From contig OY986946.1 of NCBI GenBank assembly GCA_963920595.1, forward strand, positions 4,712,001-4,776,000: a DNA stretch of 64,000 bases, given 5' to 3'. The position numbers were made by a program, and so were the translations under genes. The notes under the pieces are model-generated. The model did no database searches. It was not told the origin of the DNA and saw only the letters and a list, made by a program, of their open reading frames with translations. The DNA comes from Eimeria praecox. Lineage: Eukaryota. This document shows, piece by piece, positions 1 through 14,669 of the stretch; within the stretch, counting starts at the first letter, position 1, and the number at the start of each line of letters is the position of its first letter.

Positions 1-608
1 CTGTCCTAACACCCTGCCCCAACCACTTGCTTCTTGACGCAGTTCCTCTGCAGTTGACCTCAGGCTCCACACACACTCGAACACCGCATCTCACCCTGCA
101 CATCACCTCTCCACCCTTCACACAACACACCACCTACCCCAACCTAGCACCCGCTGCGACCGAAACGCTTCCCCTCCACAACCATAAAGCAAGTCAGAAC
201 ACACATTGTCAATATAACATCCAGCATCCGAAGCTCCTCCATCGCCACACCCTACCTCCCCCACATCGCCAATCGCGCAAACAGATGTCTTGCCGCACAC
301 ACATACCCACGCCGCTAAATGCCATCCAGCCACGCAAACATACCCAACTACCTGCCACTAAACATGCAACGCATGCACAGCGATTAAGCCTGTCCGACAT
401 CCTTATTACCAGCATTCAACACCCTTTCTCCTATACACAACCACCGACTCAACAACTCCTCCGTGCTAAAAACGAGCTGTCCACTGCAACCGACCCTGCC
501 TCCACGCTAGACTCCTGCATCATGTTGCTCCAGCACACAGGCACAATGTCGCAGATTCAACGCACGGCCTTCTGAAGACAGCCATTACCCAAACATTGGC
601 GCCCCCAA

Positions 609-1292
609 ATGCCAGAAACGTTCAATGAAACGCAACATGCCTCCCACCCAGACCTGTCAAACCATACACTGCAGCACATTCACACTGTCCTAGCACCCTG
701 CTCCATCCACTTGCTTCTTGACGCAGTTCCTCTGCAGTTGACCTCAGGCTCCACACACACTCGAACACCGCATCTCACCCTGCACATCACCTCTCCACCC
801 TTCACACAACACACCACCTACTCCAACCTAGCATCTGCTGCGTGCGAAATCCTTCCCCTCCACAACCATAAAGCAAGTCAGAACACACATTGTCAATATA
901 ACATCCAGCATTCGAAGCTCCTCCATCGTCACACCCTATCTCCCCCACATCGCCAATCGCGCAAACAGATGTCTTGCCGCACACACATACCCACGCCGCT
1001 AAATGCCATCCAGCAACGCAAACATACCCAACTACCTGCCACTAAACATGCAACGCGTGCACAGCGATTAAGCCTGTCCGACATCCTTATTACCAGCATT
1101 CAACACCCTTCCTCCTATACACAACCACCGACTCAACAACTCCTCCGTCATAACAACGAGCTGTCCACTGCAACCGACCCTGCCTCCACGCTAGACTCCT
1201 GCATCATGTTGCTCCAGCACACAGGCACAATGTCGCAGATTCAACGCACGGCCTTCTGAAGACAGCCATCACCCAAACATTGGCGCCCCCAA
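609..1292 (+). repeat. Representative 684-bp monomer (phase chosen arbitrarily at ATGCCAGAAAC)
   Basis: 609..1292 aligns without gaps to the neighbouring units. It carries one GGCGCC and two CTGCAG sites per unit. The + strand is C/A-rich: positions 121-180 contain 31 C, 17 A, 6 G, 6 T. Confidence 0.97.
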
Positions 1293-4200
1293 ATGCCAGA
1301 AACGTTCAATGAAACGCAACATGCCTCCCACCCAGACCTGTCAAACCATACACTGCAGCACATTCACACTGTCCTAGCACCCTGCTCCATCCACTTGCTT
1401 CTTGACGCAGTTCCTCTGCAGTTGACCTCAGGCTCCACACACACTCGAACACCGCATCTCACCCTGCACATCACCTCTCCACCCTTCACACAACACACCA
1501 CCTACTCCAACCTAGCATCTGCTGCGTGCGAAATCCTTCCCCTCCACAACCATAAAGCAAGTCAGAACACACATTGTCAATATAACATCCAGCATTCGAA
1601 GCTCCTCCATCGTCACACCCTACCTCCCCCACATCGCCAATCGCGCAAACAGATGTCTTGCCGCACACACATACCCACGCCGCTAAATGCCATCCAGCCA
1701 CGCAAACATACCCAACTACCTGCCACTCAACATGCAACGCGTGCACAGCGATTAAGCCTGTCCGACATCCTTATTACCAGCATTCAACGCACTTCCTCCT
1801 ATACACAACCACCGACTCAACAACTCCTCCGTCATAACAACGAGCTGTCCACTGCAACCGACCCTGCCTCCACGCTAGACTCCTGCGCCATGCTGCTCCA
1901 GCACACAGGCACAATGTCGCAGATTCAACGCACGGCCTTCTGGAGACAGCCATCACCCAAATATTTGGCGCCCCCAAATGCCAGAAACGTTCAATGAAAC
2001 GCCACATGCCTCCCACCCAGACCTGTCAAACCATACACTGCAGCACATTCACACTGTCCTAACACCCTGCCCCATCCACTTGGCTCTTGACGCAGTTCCT
2101 CTGCAGTTGACCTCAGGCTCCACACACATTCGAACACCGCATCTCATCCTGCACATCACCTCTCCACCCTTCACACAACACACCACCTACTCCAACCTAG
2201 CATCTGCTGCGTGCGAAATCCTTCCCCTCCACAACCATAAAGCAAGTCAGAACACACATTGTCAATATAACATCCAGCATCCGAAGCTCCTCCATCATCA
2301 TACCCTATCTCCCCCACATCGCCAATCGCGCAAACAGATGTCTTGCCGCACACACATACCCACGCCGCTAAATGCCATCCAGCCACGCAAACATACCCAA
2401 CTACCTGCCACTAAACATGCAACGCATGCACAGCGATTAAGCCTGTCCGACATCCTTATTACCAGCATTCAACGCACTTCCTCCTATACACAACGATCGA
2501 CTCAACAACTCCTCCGTCATAACAACGAGCTGCCCACTGCAACCGACCCTGCCTCCACGCTAGACTCCTGCGTCATGTCGCTCCAGCACACAGGCACAAT
2601 GTCGCAGATTCAACGCACGGCCTTCTGGAGACAGCCATCACCCAAATATTGGCGCCCCCAAATGCCAGAAACGTTCAATGAAACGCAACATGCCTCCCAC
2701 CCAGACCTGTCAAACCATACACTGCAGCACATTCACACTGTCCTAACACCCTGCCCCATCCACTTGCTTCTTGACGCAGTTCCTCTGCAGTTGACCTCAG
2801 GCTCCACACACACTCGAACACCGCATCTCACCCTGCACATCACCTCTCCACCCTTCACACAACACACCACCTACCCCAACCTAGCACCCGCTGCGACCGA
2901 AACGCTTCCCCTCCACAACCATAAAGCAAGTCAGAACACACATTGTCAATATAACATCCAGCATCCGAAGCTCCTCCATTATCATACCCTATCTCCCCCA
3001 CATCGCCAATCGCGCAAACAGATGTCTTGCCGCACACACATACCCACGCCGCTAAATGCCATCCAGCCACGCAAACATACCCAACTACCTGCCACTAAAC
3101 ATGCAACGCGTGCACAGCGATTAAGCCTGTCCGACATCCTTATTACCAGCATTCAACACCCTTCCTCCTATACACAACCACCGACTCAACAACTCCTCCG
3201 TGCTAAAAACGAGCTGTCCACTGCAACCGACCCTGCCTCCACGCTAGACTCCTGCATCATGTTGCTCCAGCACACAGGCACAATGTCGCAGATTCAACGC
3301 ACGGCCTTCTGAAGACAGCCATCACCCAAACATTGGCGCCCCCAAATGCCAGAAACGTTCAATGAAACGCAACATGCCTCCCACCCAGACCTGTCAAACC
3401 ATACACTGCAGCACATTCACACTGTCCTAACACCCTGCCCCATCCACTTGCTTCTTGACGCAGTTCCTCTGCAGTTGACCTCAGGCTCCACACACACTCG
3501 AACACCGCATCTCACCCTGCACATCACCTCTCCACCCTTCACACAACACACCACCTACTCCAACCTAGCATCTGCTGCGTGCGAAATCCTTCCCCTCCAC
3601 AACCATAAAGCAAGTCAGAACACACATTGTCAATATAACATCCAGCATTCGAAGCTCCTCCATCGTCACACCCTACCTCCCCCACATCGCCAATCGTGCA
3701 AACAGATGTCTTGCCGCACACACATACCCAGGCCGCTAAATGCCATCCAGCCACGCAAACATACCCAACTACCTGCCACTAAACATGCAACGCGTGCACA
3801 GCGATTAAGCCTGTCCGACATCCTTATTACCAGCATTCAACACCCTTCCTCCTATACACAGCGATCGACTCAACAACTCCTCCGTGCTAAAAACGAGCTG
3901 TCCACTGCAACCGACCCTGCCTCAACGCTAGACTCCTGCATCATGTTGCTCCAGCACACAGGCACAATGTCGCAGATTCAACGCACGGCCTTCTGGAGAC
4001 AGCCATCACCCAAATATTTGGCGCCCCCAAATGCCAGAAACGTTCAATGAAACGCAACATGCCTCCCACCCAGACCTGTCAAACCATACACTGCAGCACA
4101 TTCACACTGTCCTAGCACCCTGCCCCATCCACTTGCTTCTTGACGCAGTTCCTCTGCAGTTGACCTCAGGCTCCACACACACTCGAACACCGCATCTCAT

Positions 4201-7200
4201 CCTGCACATCACCTCTCCACCCTCCACACAACACACCACCTACTCCAACCTAGCACCCGCTGCATGCGAAATGCTTCCCCTCCACAACCATAAAGCAAGT
4301 CAGAACACACATTGTCAATATAGCATCCAGCATCCGAAGCTCCTCCATCATCGCGCCCTATCTCCCCCACATCGCCAATCGCGCAAACAGATGTCTCGCC
4401 GCACACACATACCCACGCCGCTAAATGCCATCCAGCCACGCAAACATACTCAACTACCTGCCACTAAACATGCAACGCGTGCACAGCGATTAAGCCTGTC
4501 CGACATCCTTATTACCATCACTCAACGCACTTCCTCCTATACACAACCACCGACGCAACAACTCCTCCGTCATAACAACGAGCTGCCCACTGCAACCGAC
4601 CCTGCCTCCACGCTAGACTCCTGCGTCATGTTGCTCCAGCACACAGGCACAATGCCGCAGATTCAACGCACGGCCTTCTGGAGACAGCCATCACCCAAAT
4701 ATTGGCGCCCCCAAATGCCAGAAACGTTCAATGAAACGCAACATGCCTCCCACCCAGACCTGTCAAACCATACACTGCAGCACATTCACACTGTCCTAGC
4801 ACCCTGCTCCATCCACTTGCTTCTTGACGCAGTTCCTCTGCAGTTGACCTCAGGCTCCACACACACTCGAACACCGCATCTCATCCTTCACATCACCTCT
4901 CCACCCTTCACACAACACACCACCTACTCCAACCTAGCATCTGCTGCGTGCGAAATGCTTCCCCTCCACAACCATAAAGCAAGTCAGAACACACATTGTC
5001 AATATAACATCCAGCATCCGAAGCTCCTCCATCGCCACACCCTACCTCCCCCACATCGCCAATCGCGCAAACAGATGTCTTGCCGCACACACATACCCAC
5101 GCCGCTAAATGCCATCCAGCAACGCAAACATACCCAACTACCTGCCACTAAACATGCAACGCGTGCACAGCGATTAAGCCTGTCCGACATCCTTATTACC
5201 AGCATTCAACGCACTTCCTCCTATACACAACGATCGACTCAACAACTCCTCCGTCATAACAACGAGCTGCCCACTGCAACCGACCCTGCCTCCACGCTAG
5301 ACTCCTGCGTCATGTCGCTCCAGCACACAGGCACAATGTCGCAGATTCAACGCACGGCCTTCTGGAGACAGCCATCACCCAAATATTGGCGCCCCCAAAT
5401 GCCAGAAACGTTCAATGAAACGCAACATGCCTCCCACCCAGACCTGTCAAACCATACACTGCAGCACATTCACACTGTCCTAGCACCCTGCTCCATCCAC
5501 TTGCTTCTTGACGCAGTTCCTCTGCAGTTGACCTCAGGCTCCACACACACTCGAACACCGCATCTCATCCTTCACATCACCTCTCCACCCTTCACACAAC
5601 ACACCACCTACTCCAACCTAGCATCTGCTGCGTGCGAAATCCTTCCCCTCCACAACCATAAAGCAAGTCAGAACACACATTGTCAATATAACATCCAGCA
5701 TCCGAAGCTCCTCCATCGCCACACCCTACCTCCCCCACATCGCCAATCGCGCAAACAGATGTCTTGCCGCACACACATACCCACGCCGCTAAATGCCATC
5801 CAGCCACGCAAACATACCCAACTACCTGCCACTAAACATGCAACGCGTGCACAGCGATTAAGCCTGTCCGACATCCTTGTTACCAGCATTCAACGCACTT
5901 CCTCCTATACACAACGATCGACTCAACAACTCCTCCGTCATAACAACGAGCTGCCCACTGCAACCGACCCTGCCTCCACGCTAGACTCCTGCGTCATGTC
6001 GCTCCAGCACACAGGCACAATGTCGCAGATTCAACGCACGGCCTTCTGGAGACAGCCATCACCCAAATATTGGCGCCCCCAAATGCCAGAAACGTTCAAT
6101 GAAACGCAACATGCCTCCCACCCAGACCTGTCAAACCATACACTGCAGCACATTCACACTGTCCTAACACCCTGCCCCATCCACTTGCTTCTTGACGCAG
6201 TTCCTCTGCAGTTGACCTCAGGCTCCACACACACTCGAACACCGCATCTCACCCTGCACATCACCTCTCCACCCTTCACACAACACACCACCTACTCCAA
6301 CCTAGCATCTGCTGCGTGCGAAATCCTTCCCCTCCACAACCATAAAGCAAGTCAGAACACACATTGTCAATATAACATCCAGCATCCGAAGCTCCTCCAT
6401 CGCCACACCCTACCTCCCCCACATCGCCAATCGCGCAAACAGATGTCTTGCCGCACACACATACCCACGCCGCTAAATGCCATCCAGCAACGCAAACATA
6501 CCCAACTACCTGCCACTAAACATGCAACGCGTGCACAGCGATTAAGCCTGTCCGACATCCTTATTACCAGCATTCAACGCACTTCCTCCTATACACAACC
6601 ACCGACTCAACAACTCCTCCGTCATAACAACGAGCTGCCCACTGCAACCGACCCTGCCTCCACGCTAGACTCCTGCGTCATGTTGCTCCAGCACACAGGC
6701 ACAATGTCGCAGATTCAACGCACGGCTTTCTGGAGACAGCCATCACCCAAATATTGGCGCCCCCAAATGCCAGAAACGTTCAATGAAACGCAACATGCCT
6801 CCCACCCAGACCTGTCAAACCATACACTGCAGCACATTCACACTGTCCTAACACCCTGCCCCATCCACTTGCTTCTTGACGCAGTTCCTCTGCAGTTGAC
6901 CTCAGGCTCCACACACACTCGAACACCGCATCTCACCCTGCACATCACCTCTCCACCCTTCACACAACACACCACCTACCCCAGCCTAGCACCCGCTGCG
7001 ACCGAAACGCTTCCCCTCCACAACCATAAAGCAAGTCAGAACACACATTGTCAATATAACATCCAGCATCCGAAGCTCCTCCATCGCCACGCCCTACCTC
7101 CCCCACATCGCCAATCGCGCAAACAGATGTCTTGCCGCACACACATACCCACGCCGCTAAATGCCATCCAGCCACGCAAACATACCCAACTACCTGCCAC

Positions 7201-10200
7201 TAAACATGCAACGCGTGCGCAGCGATTAAGCCTGTCCGACATCCTTATTACCAGCATTCCACACCCTTCCTCCTATACACAGCGATCGACTCAACAACTC
7301 CTCCGTCATAACAACGAGCTGTCCACTGCAACCGACCCTGCCTCCACGCTAGACTCCTGCATCATGTTGCTCCAGCACACAGGCACAATGTCGCAGATTC
7401 AACGCACGGCCTTCTGGAGACAGCCATCACCCAAACATTGGCGCCCCCAAATGCCAGAAACGTTCAATGAAACGCAACATGCCTCTCACCCAGACCTGTC
7501 AAACCATACACTGCAGCACATTCACACTGTCCTAGCACCCTGCTCCATCCACTTGCTTCTTGACGCAGTTCCTCTGCAGTTGACCTCAGGCTCCACACAC
7601 ACTCGAACACCGCATCTCACCCTGCACATCACCTCTCCACCCTTCACACAACACACCACCTACCCCAACCTAGCATCTGCTGCGTGCGAAATGCTTCCCC
7701 TCCACAACCATAAAGCAAGTCAGAACACACATTGTCAATATAACATCCAGCATTCGAAGCTCCTCCATCGTCACACCCTACCTCCCCCACATCGCCAATC
7801 GCGCAAACAGATGTCTTGCCGCACACACATACCCACGCCGCTAAATGCCATCCAGCAACGCAAACATACCCAACTACCTGCCACTAAACATGCAACGCGT
7901 GCACAGCGATTAAGCCTGTCCGACATCCTTATTACCAGCATTCAACGCACTTCCTCCTATACACAACCACCGACTCAACAACTCCTCCGTCATAACAACG
8001 AGCTGCCCACTGCAACCGACCCTGCCTCAACGCTAGACTCCTGCACCATGTTGCTCCAGCACACAGGCACAATGTCGCAGATTCAACGCACGGCCTTCTG
8101 GAGACAGCCATCACCCAAACATTGGCGCCCCCAAATGCCAGAAACGTTCAATGAAACGCAACATGCCTCCCACCCAGACCTGTCAAACCATACACTGCAG
8201 CACATTCACACTGTCCTAGCACCCTGCCCCATCCACTTGCTTCTTGACGCAGTTCCTCTGCAGTTGGCCTCAGGTTCCACACACACTCGAACACCGCATC
8301 TCACCCTGCACATCACCTCTCCACCCTTCACACAACACACCACCTACTCCAACCTAGCATCTGCTGCGTGCGAAATCCTTCCCCTCCACAACCATAAAGC
8401 AAGTCAGAACACACATTGTCAATATAACATCCAGCATCCGAAGCTCCTCCATCGCCACACCCTACCTCCCCCACATCGCCAATCGCGCAAACAGATGTCT
8501 TGCCGCACACACACACCCACGCCGCTAAATGCCATCCAGCCACGCAAACATACCCAACTACCTGCCACTAAACATGCAACGCGTGCACAGCGATTAAGCC
8601 TGTCCGACATCCTTATTACCAGCATTCAACACCCTTCCTCCTATACACAACCACCGACTCAACAACTCCTCCGTGCTAAAAACGAGCTGTCCACTGCAAC
8701 CGACCCTGCCTCCACGCTAGACTCCTGCGCCATGTTGCTCCAGCACACAGGCACAATGTCGCAGATTCAACGCACGGCCTTCTGGAGACAGCCATCACCC
8801 AAACATTGGCGCCCCCAAATGCCAGAAACGTTCAATGAAACGCAACATGCCTCCCACCCAGACCTGTCAAACCATACACTGCAGCACATTCACACTGTCC
8901 TAACACCCTGCCCCATCAACTTGCTTCTTGACGCAGTTCCTCTGCAGTTGACCTCAGGCTCCACACACACTCGAACACCGCATCTCACCCTGCACATCAC
9001 CTCTCCACCCTTCACACAACACACCACCTACTCCAACCTAGCATCTGCTGCGTGCGAAATCCTTCCCCTCCACAACCATAAAGCAAGTCAGAACACACAT
9101 TGTCAATATAACATCCAGCATCCGAAGCTCCTCCATCGCCACACCCTACCTCCCCCACATCGCCAATCGCGCAAACAGATGTCTTGCCGCACACACATAC
9201 CCAGGCCGCTAAATGCCATCCAGCCACGCAAACATACCCAACTACCTGCCACTAAACATGCAACGCGTGCACAGCGATTAAGCCTGTCCGACATCCTTAT
9301 TACCAGCATTCAACGCACTTCCTCCTATACACAACCACCGACTCAACAACTCCTCCGTCATAACAACGAGCTGCCCACTGCAACCGACCCTGCCTCCACG
9401 CTAGACTCCTGCGTCATGTTGCTCCAGCACACAGGCACAATGTCGCAGATTCAACGCACGGCTTTCTGGAGACAGCCATCACCCAAATATTTGGCGCCCC
9501 CAAATGCCAGAAACGTTCAATGAAACGCAACATGCCTCCCACCCAGACCTGTCAAACCATACACTGCAGCACATTCACACTGTCCTAACACCCTGCCCCA
9601 TCCACTTGCTTCTTGACGCAGTTCCTCTGCAGTTGACCTCAGGCTCCACACACACTCGAACACCGCATCTCACCCTGCACATCACCTCTCCACCCTTCAC
9701 ACAACACACCACCTACTCCAACCTAGCATCTGCTGCGTGCGAAATCCTTCCCCTCCACAACCATAAAGCAAGTCAGAACACACATTGTCAATATAACATC
9801 CAGCATCCGAAGCTCCTCCATCGCCACACCCTACCTCCCCCACATCGCCAATCGCGCAAACAGATGTCTTGCCGCACACACATACCCACGCCGCTAAATG
9901 CCATCCAGCCACGCCGACATACCCAACTACCTGCCACTAAACATGCAACGCGTGCACAGCGATTAAGCCTGTCCGACATCCTTATTACCAGCATTCAACA
10001 CCCTTCCTCCTATACACAACCACCGACTCAACAGCTCCTCCGTCATAACAACGAGCTGTCTACTGCAACCGACCCTGCCTCCACGCTAGACTCCTGCGCC
10101 ATGTTGCTCCAGCACACAGGCACAATGTCGCAGATTCAACGCACGGCCTTCTGGAGACAGCCATCACCCAAACATTGGCGCCCCCAAATGCCAGAAACGT

Positions 10201-13200
10201 TCAATGAAACGCAACATGCCTCCCACCCAGACCTGTCAAACCATACACTGCAGCACATTCACACTGTCCTAACACCCTGCTCCATCCACTTGCTTCTTGA
10301 CGCAGTTCCTCTGCAGTTGACCTCAGGCTCCACACACACTCGAACACCGCATCTCATCCTGCACATCACCTCTCCACCCTTCACACAACACACCACCTAC
10401 CCCAACCTAGCATCTGCTGCGTGCGAAATGCTTCCCCTCCACAACCATAAAGCAAGTCAGAACACACATTGTCAATATAACATCCAGCATCCGAAGCTCC
10501 TCCATCATCATACCCTATCTCCCCCACATCGCCAATCGCGCAAACAGATGTCTCGCCGCACACACATACCCACGCCGCTAAATGCCATCCAGCCACGCAA
10601 ACATACCCAACTACCTGCCACTAAACATGCAACGCGTGCACAGCGATTAAGCCTGTCCGACATCCTTATTACCAGCATTCAGCGCACTTCCTCCTATACA
10701 CAACCACCGACTCAACAACTCCTCCGTCATAACAACGAGCTGTCCACTGCAACCGACCCTGCCTCCACGCTAGACTCCTGCGCCATGCTGCTCCAGCACA
10801 CAGGCACAATGTCGCAGATTCAACGCACGGCCTTCTGGAGACAGCCATCACCCAAATATTGGCGCCCCCAAATGCCAGAAACTTTGCATGAAACGCAACA
10901 TGCCTCCCACCCAGACCTGTCAAACCATACACTGCAGCACATTCACACTGTCCTAACACCCTGCCCCATCCACTTGGCTCTTGACGCAGTTGCTCTGCAG
11001 TTGACCTCAGGCTCCACACACACTCGAACACCGCATCTCATCCTGCACATCACCTCTCCACCCTTCACACAACACACCACCTACTCCAACCTAGCATCTG
11101 CTGCGTGCGAAATCCTTCCCCTCCACAACCATAAAGCAAGTCAGAACACACATTGTCAATATAACATCCAGCATCCGAAGCTCCTCCATCATCATACCCT
11201 ATCTCCCCCACATCGCCAATCGCGCAAACAGATGTCTTGCCGCACACACATACCCACGCCGCTAAATGCCATCCAGCCACGCAAACATACCCAACTACCT
11301 GCCACTAAACATGCAACGCGTGCACAGCGATTAAGCCTGTCCGACATCCTTATTACCAGCATTCAACGCACTTCCTCCTATACACAACCACCGACTCAAC
11401 AACTCCTCCGTCATAACAACGAGCTGTCCACTGCAACCGACCCTGCCTCAACGCTAGACTCCTGCGCCATGCTGCTCCAGCACACAGGCACAATGTCGCA
11501 GATTCAACGCACGGCCTTCTGGAGACAGCCATCACCCAAATATTTGGCGCCCCCAAATGCCAGAAACGTTCAATGAAACGCAACATGCCTCCCACCCAGA
11601 CCTGTCAAACCATACACTGCAGCACATTCACACTGTCCTAACACCCTGCCCCATCCACTTGCTTCTTGACGCAGTTCCTCTGCAGTTGACCTCGGGCTCC
11701 ACACACACTCGAACACCGCATCTCATCCTGCACATCACCTCTCCACCCTCCACACAACACACCACCTACCCCAACCTAGCACCCGCTGCATGCGAAATGC
11801 TTCCCCTCCACAACCATAAAGCAAGTCAGAACACACATTGTCAATATAACATCCAGCATCCGAAACTCCTCCATCGCCACACCCTACCTCCCCCACATCG
11901 CCAATCGCGCAAACAGATGTCTTGCCGCACACACATACCCAGGCCGCTAAATGCCATCCAGCCACGCAAACATACCCAACTACCTGCCACTAAACATGCA
12001 ACGCGTGCACAGCGATTAAGCCTGTCCGACATCCTTATTACCAGCATTCAACGCACTTCCTCCTATACACAACCACCGACTCAACAACTCCTCCGTCATA
12101 ACAACGAGCTGTCCACTGCAGCCGAGCCTGCCTCAACGCTAGACTCCTGCGTCATGTTGCTCCAGCACACAGGCACAATGCCGCAGATTCAACGCACGGC
12201 CTTCTGGAGACAGCCATCACCCAAATATTTGGCGCCCCCAAATGCCAGAAACGTTCAATGAAACGCAACATGCCTCCCACCCAGACCTGTCAAACCATAC
12301 ACTGCAGCACATTCACACTGTCCTAACACCCTGCCCCATCCACTTGCTTCTTGACGCAGTTCCTCTGCAGTTGACCTCAGGTTCCACACACACTCGAACA
12401 CCGCATCTCACCCTGCACATCACCTCTCCACCCTCCACACAACACACCACCTACCCCAACCTAGCACCCGCTGCATGCGAAATGCTTCCCCTCCACAACC
12501 ATAAAGCAAGTCAGAACACACATTGTCAATATAACATCCAGCATCCGAAACTCCTCCATCGCCACACCCTACCTCCCCCACATCGCCAATCGCGCAAACA
12601 GATGTCTCGCCGCACACACATACCCACGCCGCTAAATGCCATCCAGCCACGCAAACATACCCAACTACCTGCCACTAAACATGCAACGCGTGCACAGCGA
12701 TTAAGCCTGTCCGACATCCTTATTACCAGCATTCAACGCACTTCCTCCTATACACAACCACCGACTCAACAACTCCTCCGTCATAACAACGAGCTGTCCA
12801 CTGCAGCCGATCCTGCCTCAACGCTAGACTCCTGCGTCATGTTGCTCCAGCACACAGGCACAATGCCGCAGATTCAACGCACGGCCTTCTGGAGACAGCC
12901 ATCACCCAAACATTGGCGCCCCCAAATGCCAGAAACGTTCAATGAAACGCAACATGCCTCCCACCCAGACCTGTCAAACCATACACTGCAGCACATTCAC
13001 ACTGTCCTAACACCCTGCCCCATCCACTTGCTTCTTGACGCAGTTGCTCTGCAGTTGACCTCAGGTTCCACACACACTCGAACACCGCATCTCATCCTGC
13101 ACATCACCTCTCCACCCTTCACACAACACACCACCTACCCCAACCTAGCATCTGCTGCGTGCGAAATCCTTCCCCTCCACAACCATAAAGCAAGTCAGAA

Positions 13201-14669
13201 CACACATTGTCAATATAACATCCAGCATCCGAAGCTCCTCCATCGCCACACCCTACCTCCCCCACATCGCCAATCGCGCAAACAGATGTCTTGCCGCACA
13301 CACATACCCACGCCGCTAAATGCCATCCAGCCACGCAAACATACCCAACTACCTGCCACTAAACATGCAACGCGTGCACAGCGATTAAGCCTGTCCGACA
13401 TCCTTATTACCAGCATTCAACACCCTTCCTCCTATACACAACCACCGACTCAACAACTCCTCCGTGCTAAAAACGAGCTGTCCACTGCAACCGACCCTGC
13501 CTCCACGCTAGACTCCTGCATCATGTTGCTCCAGCACACAGGCACAATGTCGCAGATTCAACGCACGGCCTTCTGGAGACAGCCATCACCCAAACATTGG
13601 CGCCCCCAAATGCCAGAAACGTTCAATGAAACGCAACATGCCTCCCACCCAGACCTGTCAAACCATACACTGCAGCACATTCACACTGTCCTAGCACCCT
13701 GCTCCATCCACTTGCTTCTTGACGCAGTTCCTCTGCAGTTGACCTCAGGCTCCACACACACTCGAACACCGCATCTCACCCTGCACATCACCTCTCCACC
13801 CTTCACACAACACACCACCTACTCCAACCTAGCATCTGCTGCGTGCGAAATGCTTCCCCTCCACAACCATAAAGCAAGTCAGAACACACATTGTCAATAT
13901 AACATCCAGCATCCGAAGCTCCTCCATCGCCACACCCTACCTCCCTCACATCGCCAACCGCGCAAACAGATGTCTTGCCGCACACACATACCCACGCCGC
14001 TAAATGCCATTCAGCCACGCAAACATACCCAACTACCTGCCACTAAACATGCAAAGCGTGCACGACGATTACGCCTGTCCGACATCCTTATTACCAGCAT
14101 TCAACGCACTTCCTCCTATACACAACCACCGACTCAACAACTCCTCCGTCCTAAAAACGAGCTGTCCACTGCAACCGAGCCTGCCTCAACGCTAGACTCC
14201 TGCATCATGTTGCTCCAGCACACAGGCACAATGTCGCAGATTCAACGCACGGCCTTCTGGAGACAGCCATCACCCAAACATTGGCGCCCCCAAATGCCAG
14301 AAACGTTCAATGAAACGCAACATGCCTCCCACCCAGACCTGTCAAACCATACACTGCAGCACATTCACACTGTCCTAACACCCTGCCCCATCCACTTGCT
14401 TCTTGACGCAGTTCCTCTGCAGTTGACCTCAGGCTCCACACACACTCGAACACCGCATCTCACCCTGCACATCACCTCTCCACCCTTCACACAACACACC
14501 ACCTACTCCAACCTAGCATCTGCTGCGTGCGAAATCCTTCCCCTCCACAACCATAAAGCAAGTCAGAACACACATTGTCAATATAACATCCAGCATCCGA
14601 AGCTCCTCCATCGCCACACCCTACCTCCCCCACATCGCCAATCGCGCAAACAGATGTCTTGCCGCACAC

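Noticed and set aside
240..270. Telomere-like or G-quadruplex motifs (CCCTAC, CCCTAT, CCTAAC, C-runs)
   Set aside because: These are isolated single words with no tandem telomeric repeat, and there are not four closely spaced runs of three or more C.
750..775. Pol III B-box-like GTTCGAG on the minus strand, suggesting a tRNA, 5S or SINE tandem gene array
   Set aside because: It reads GTTCGAGTG, which misses the conserved final C. There is no cloverleaf or A-box context, and no recognisable 5S, U-snRNA or spliced-leader sequence. An Infernal/Rfam scan would settle this.
609..1292. Alpha-satellite tetramer (684 = 4 x 171) or CENP-B box
   Set aside because: I see no internal 171- or 342-bp periodicity. 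The sequence is C-rich rather than AT-rich, and I found no TTCGNNNNANNCGGG motif. The length match appears coincidental.
4031..9523. 1830-aa ORF (and the 1358-2102 aa equivalents) as a genuine giant protein gene
   Set aside because: Boundaries are set by sporadic frameshift or nonsense alleles, variants are mostly missense, and there are no unique termini. Kept only as a hypothesis in findings.
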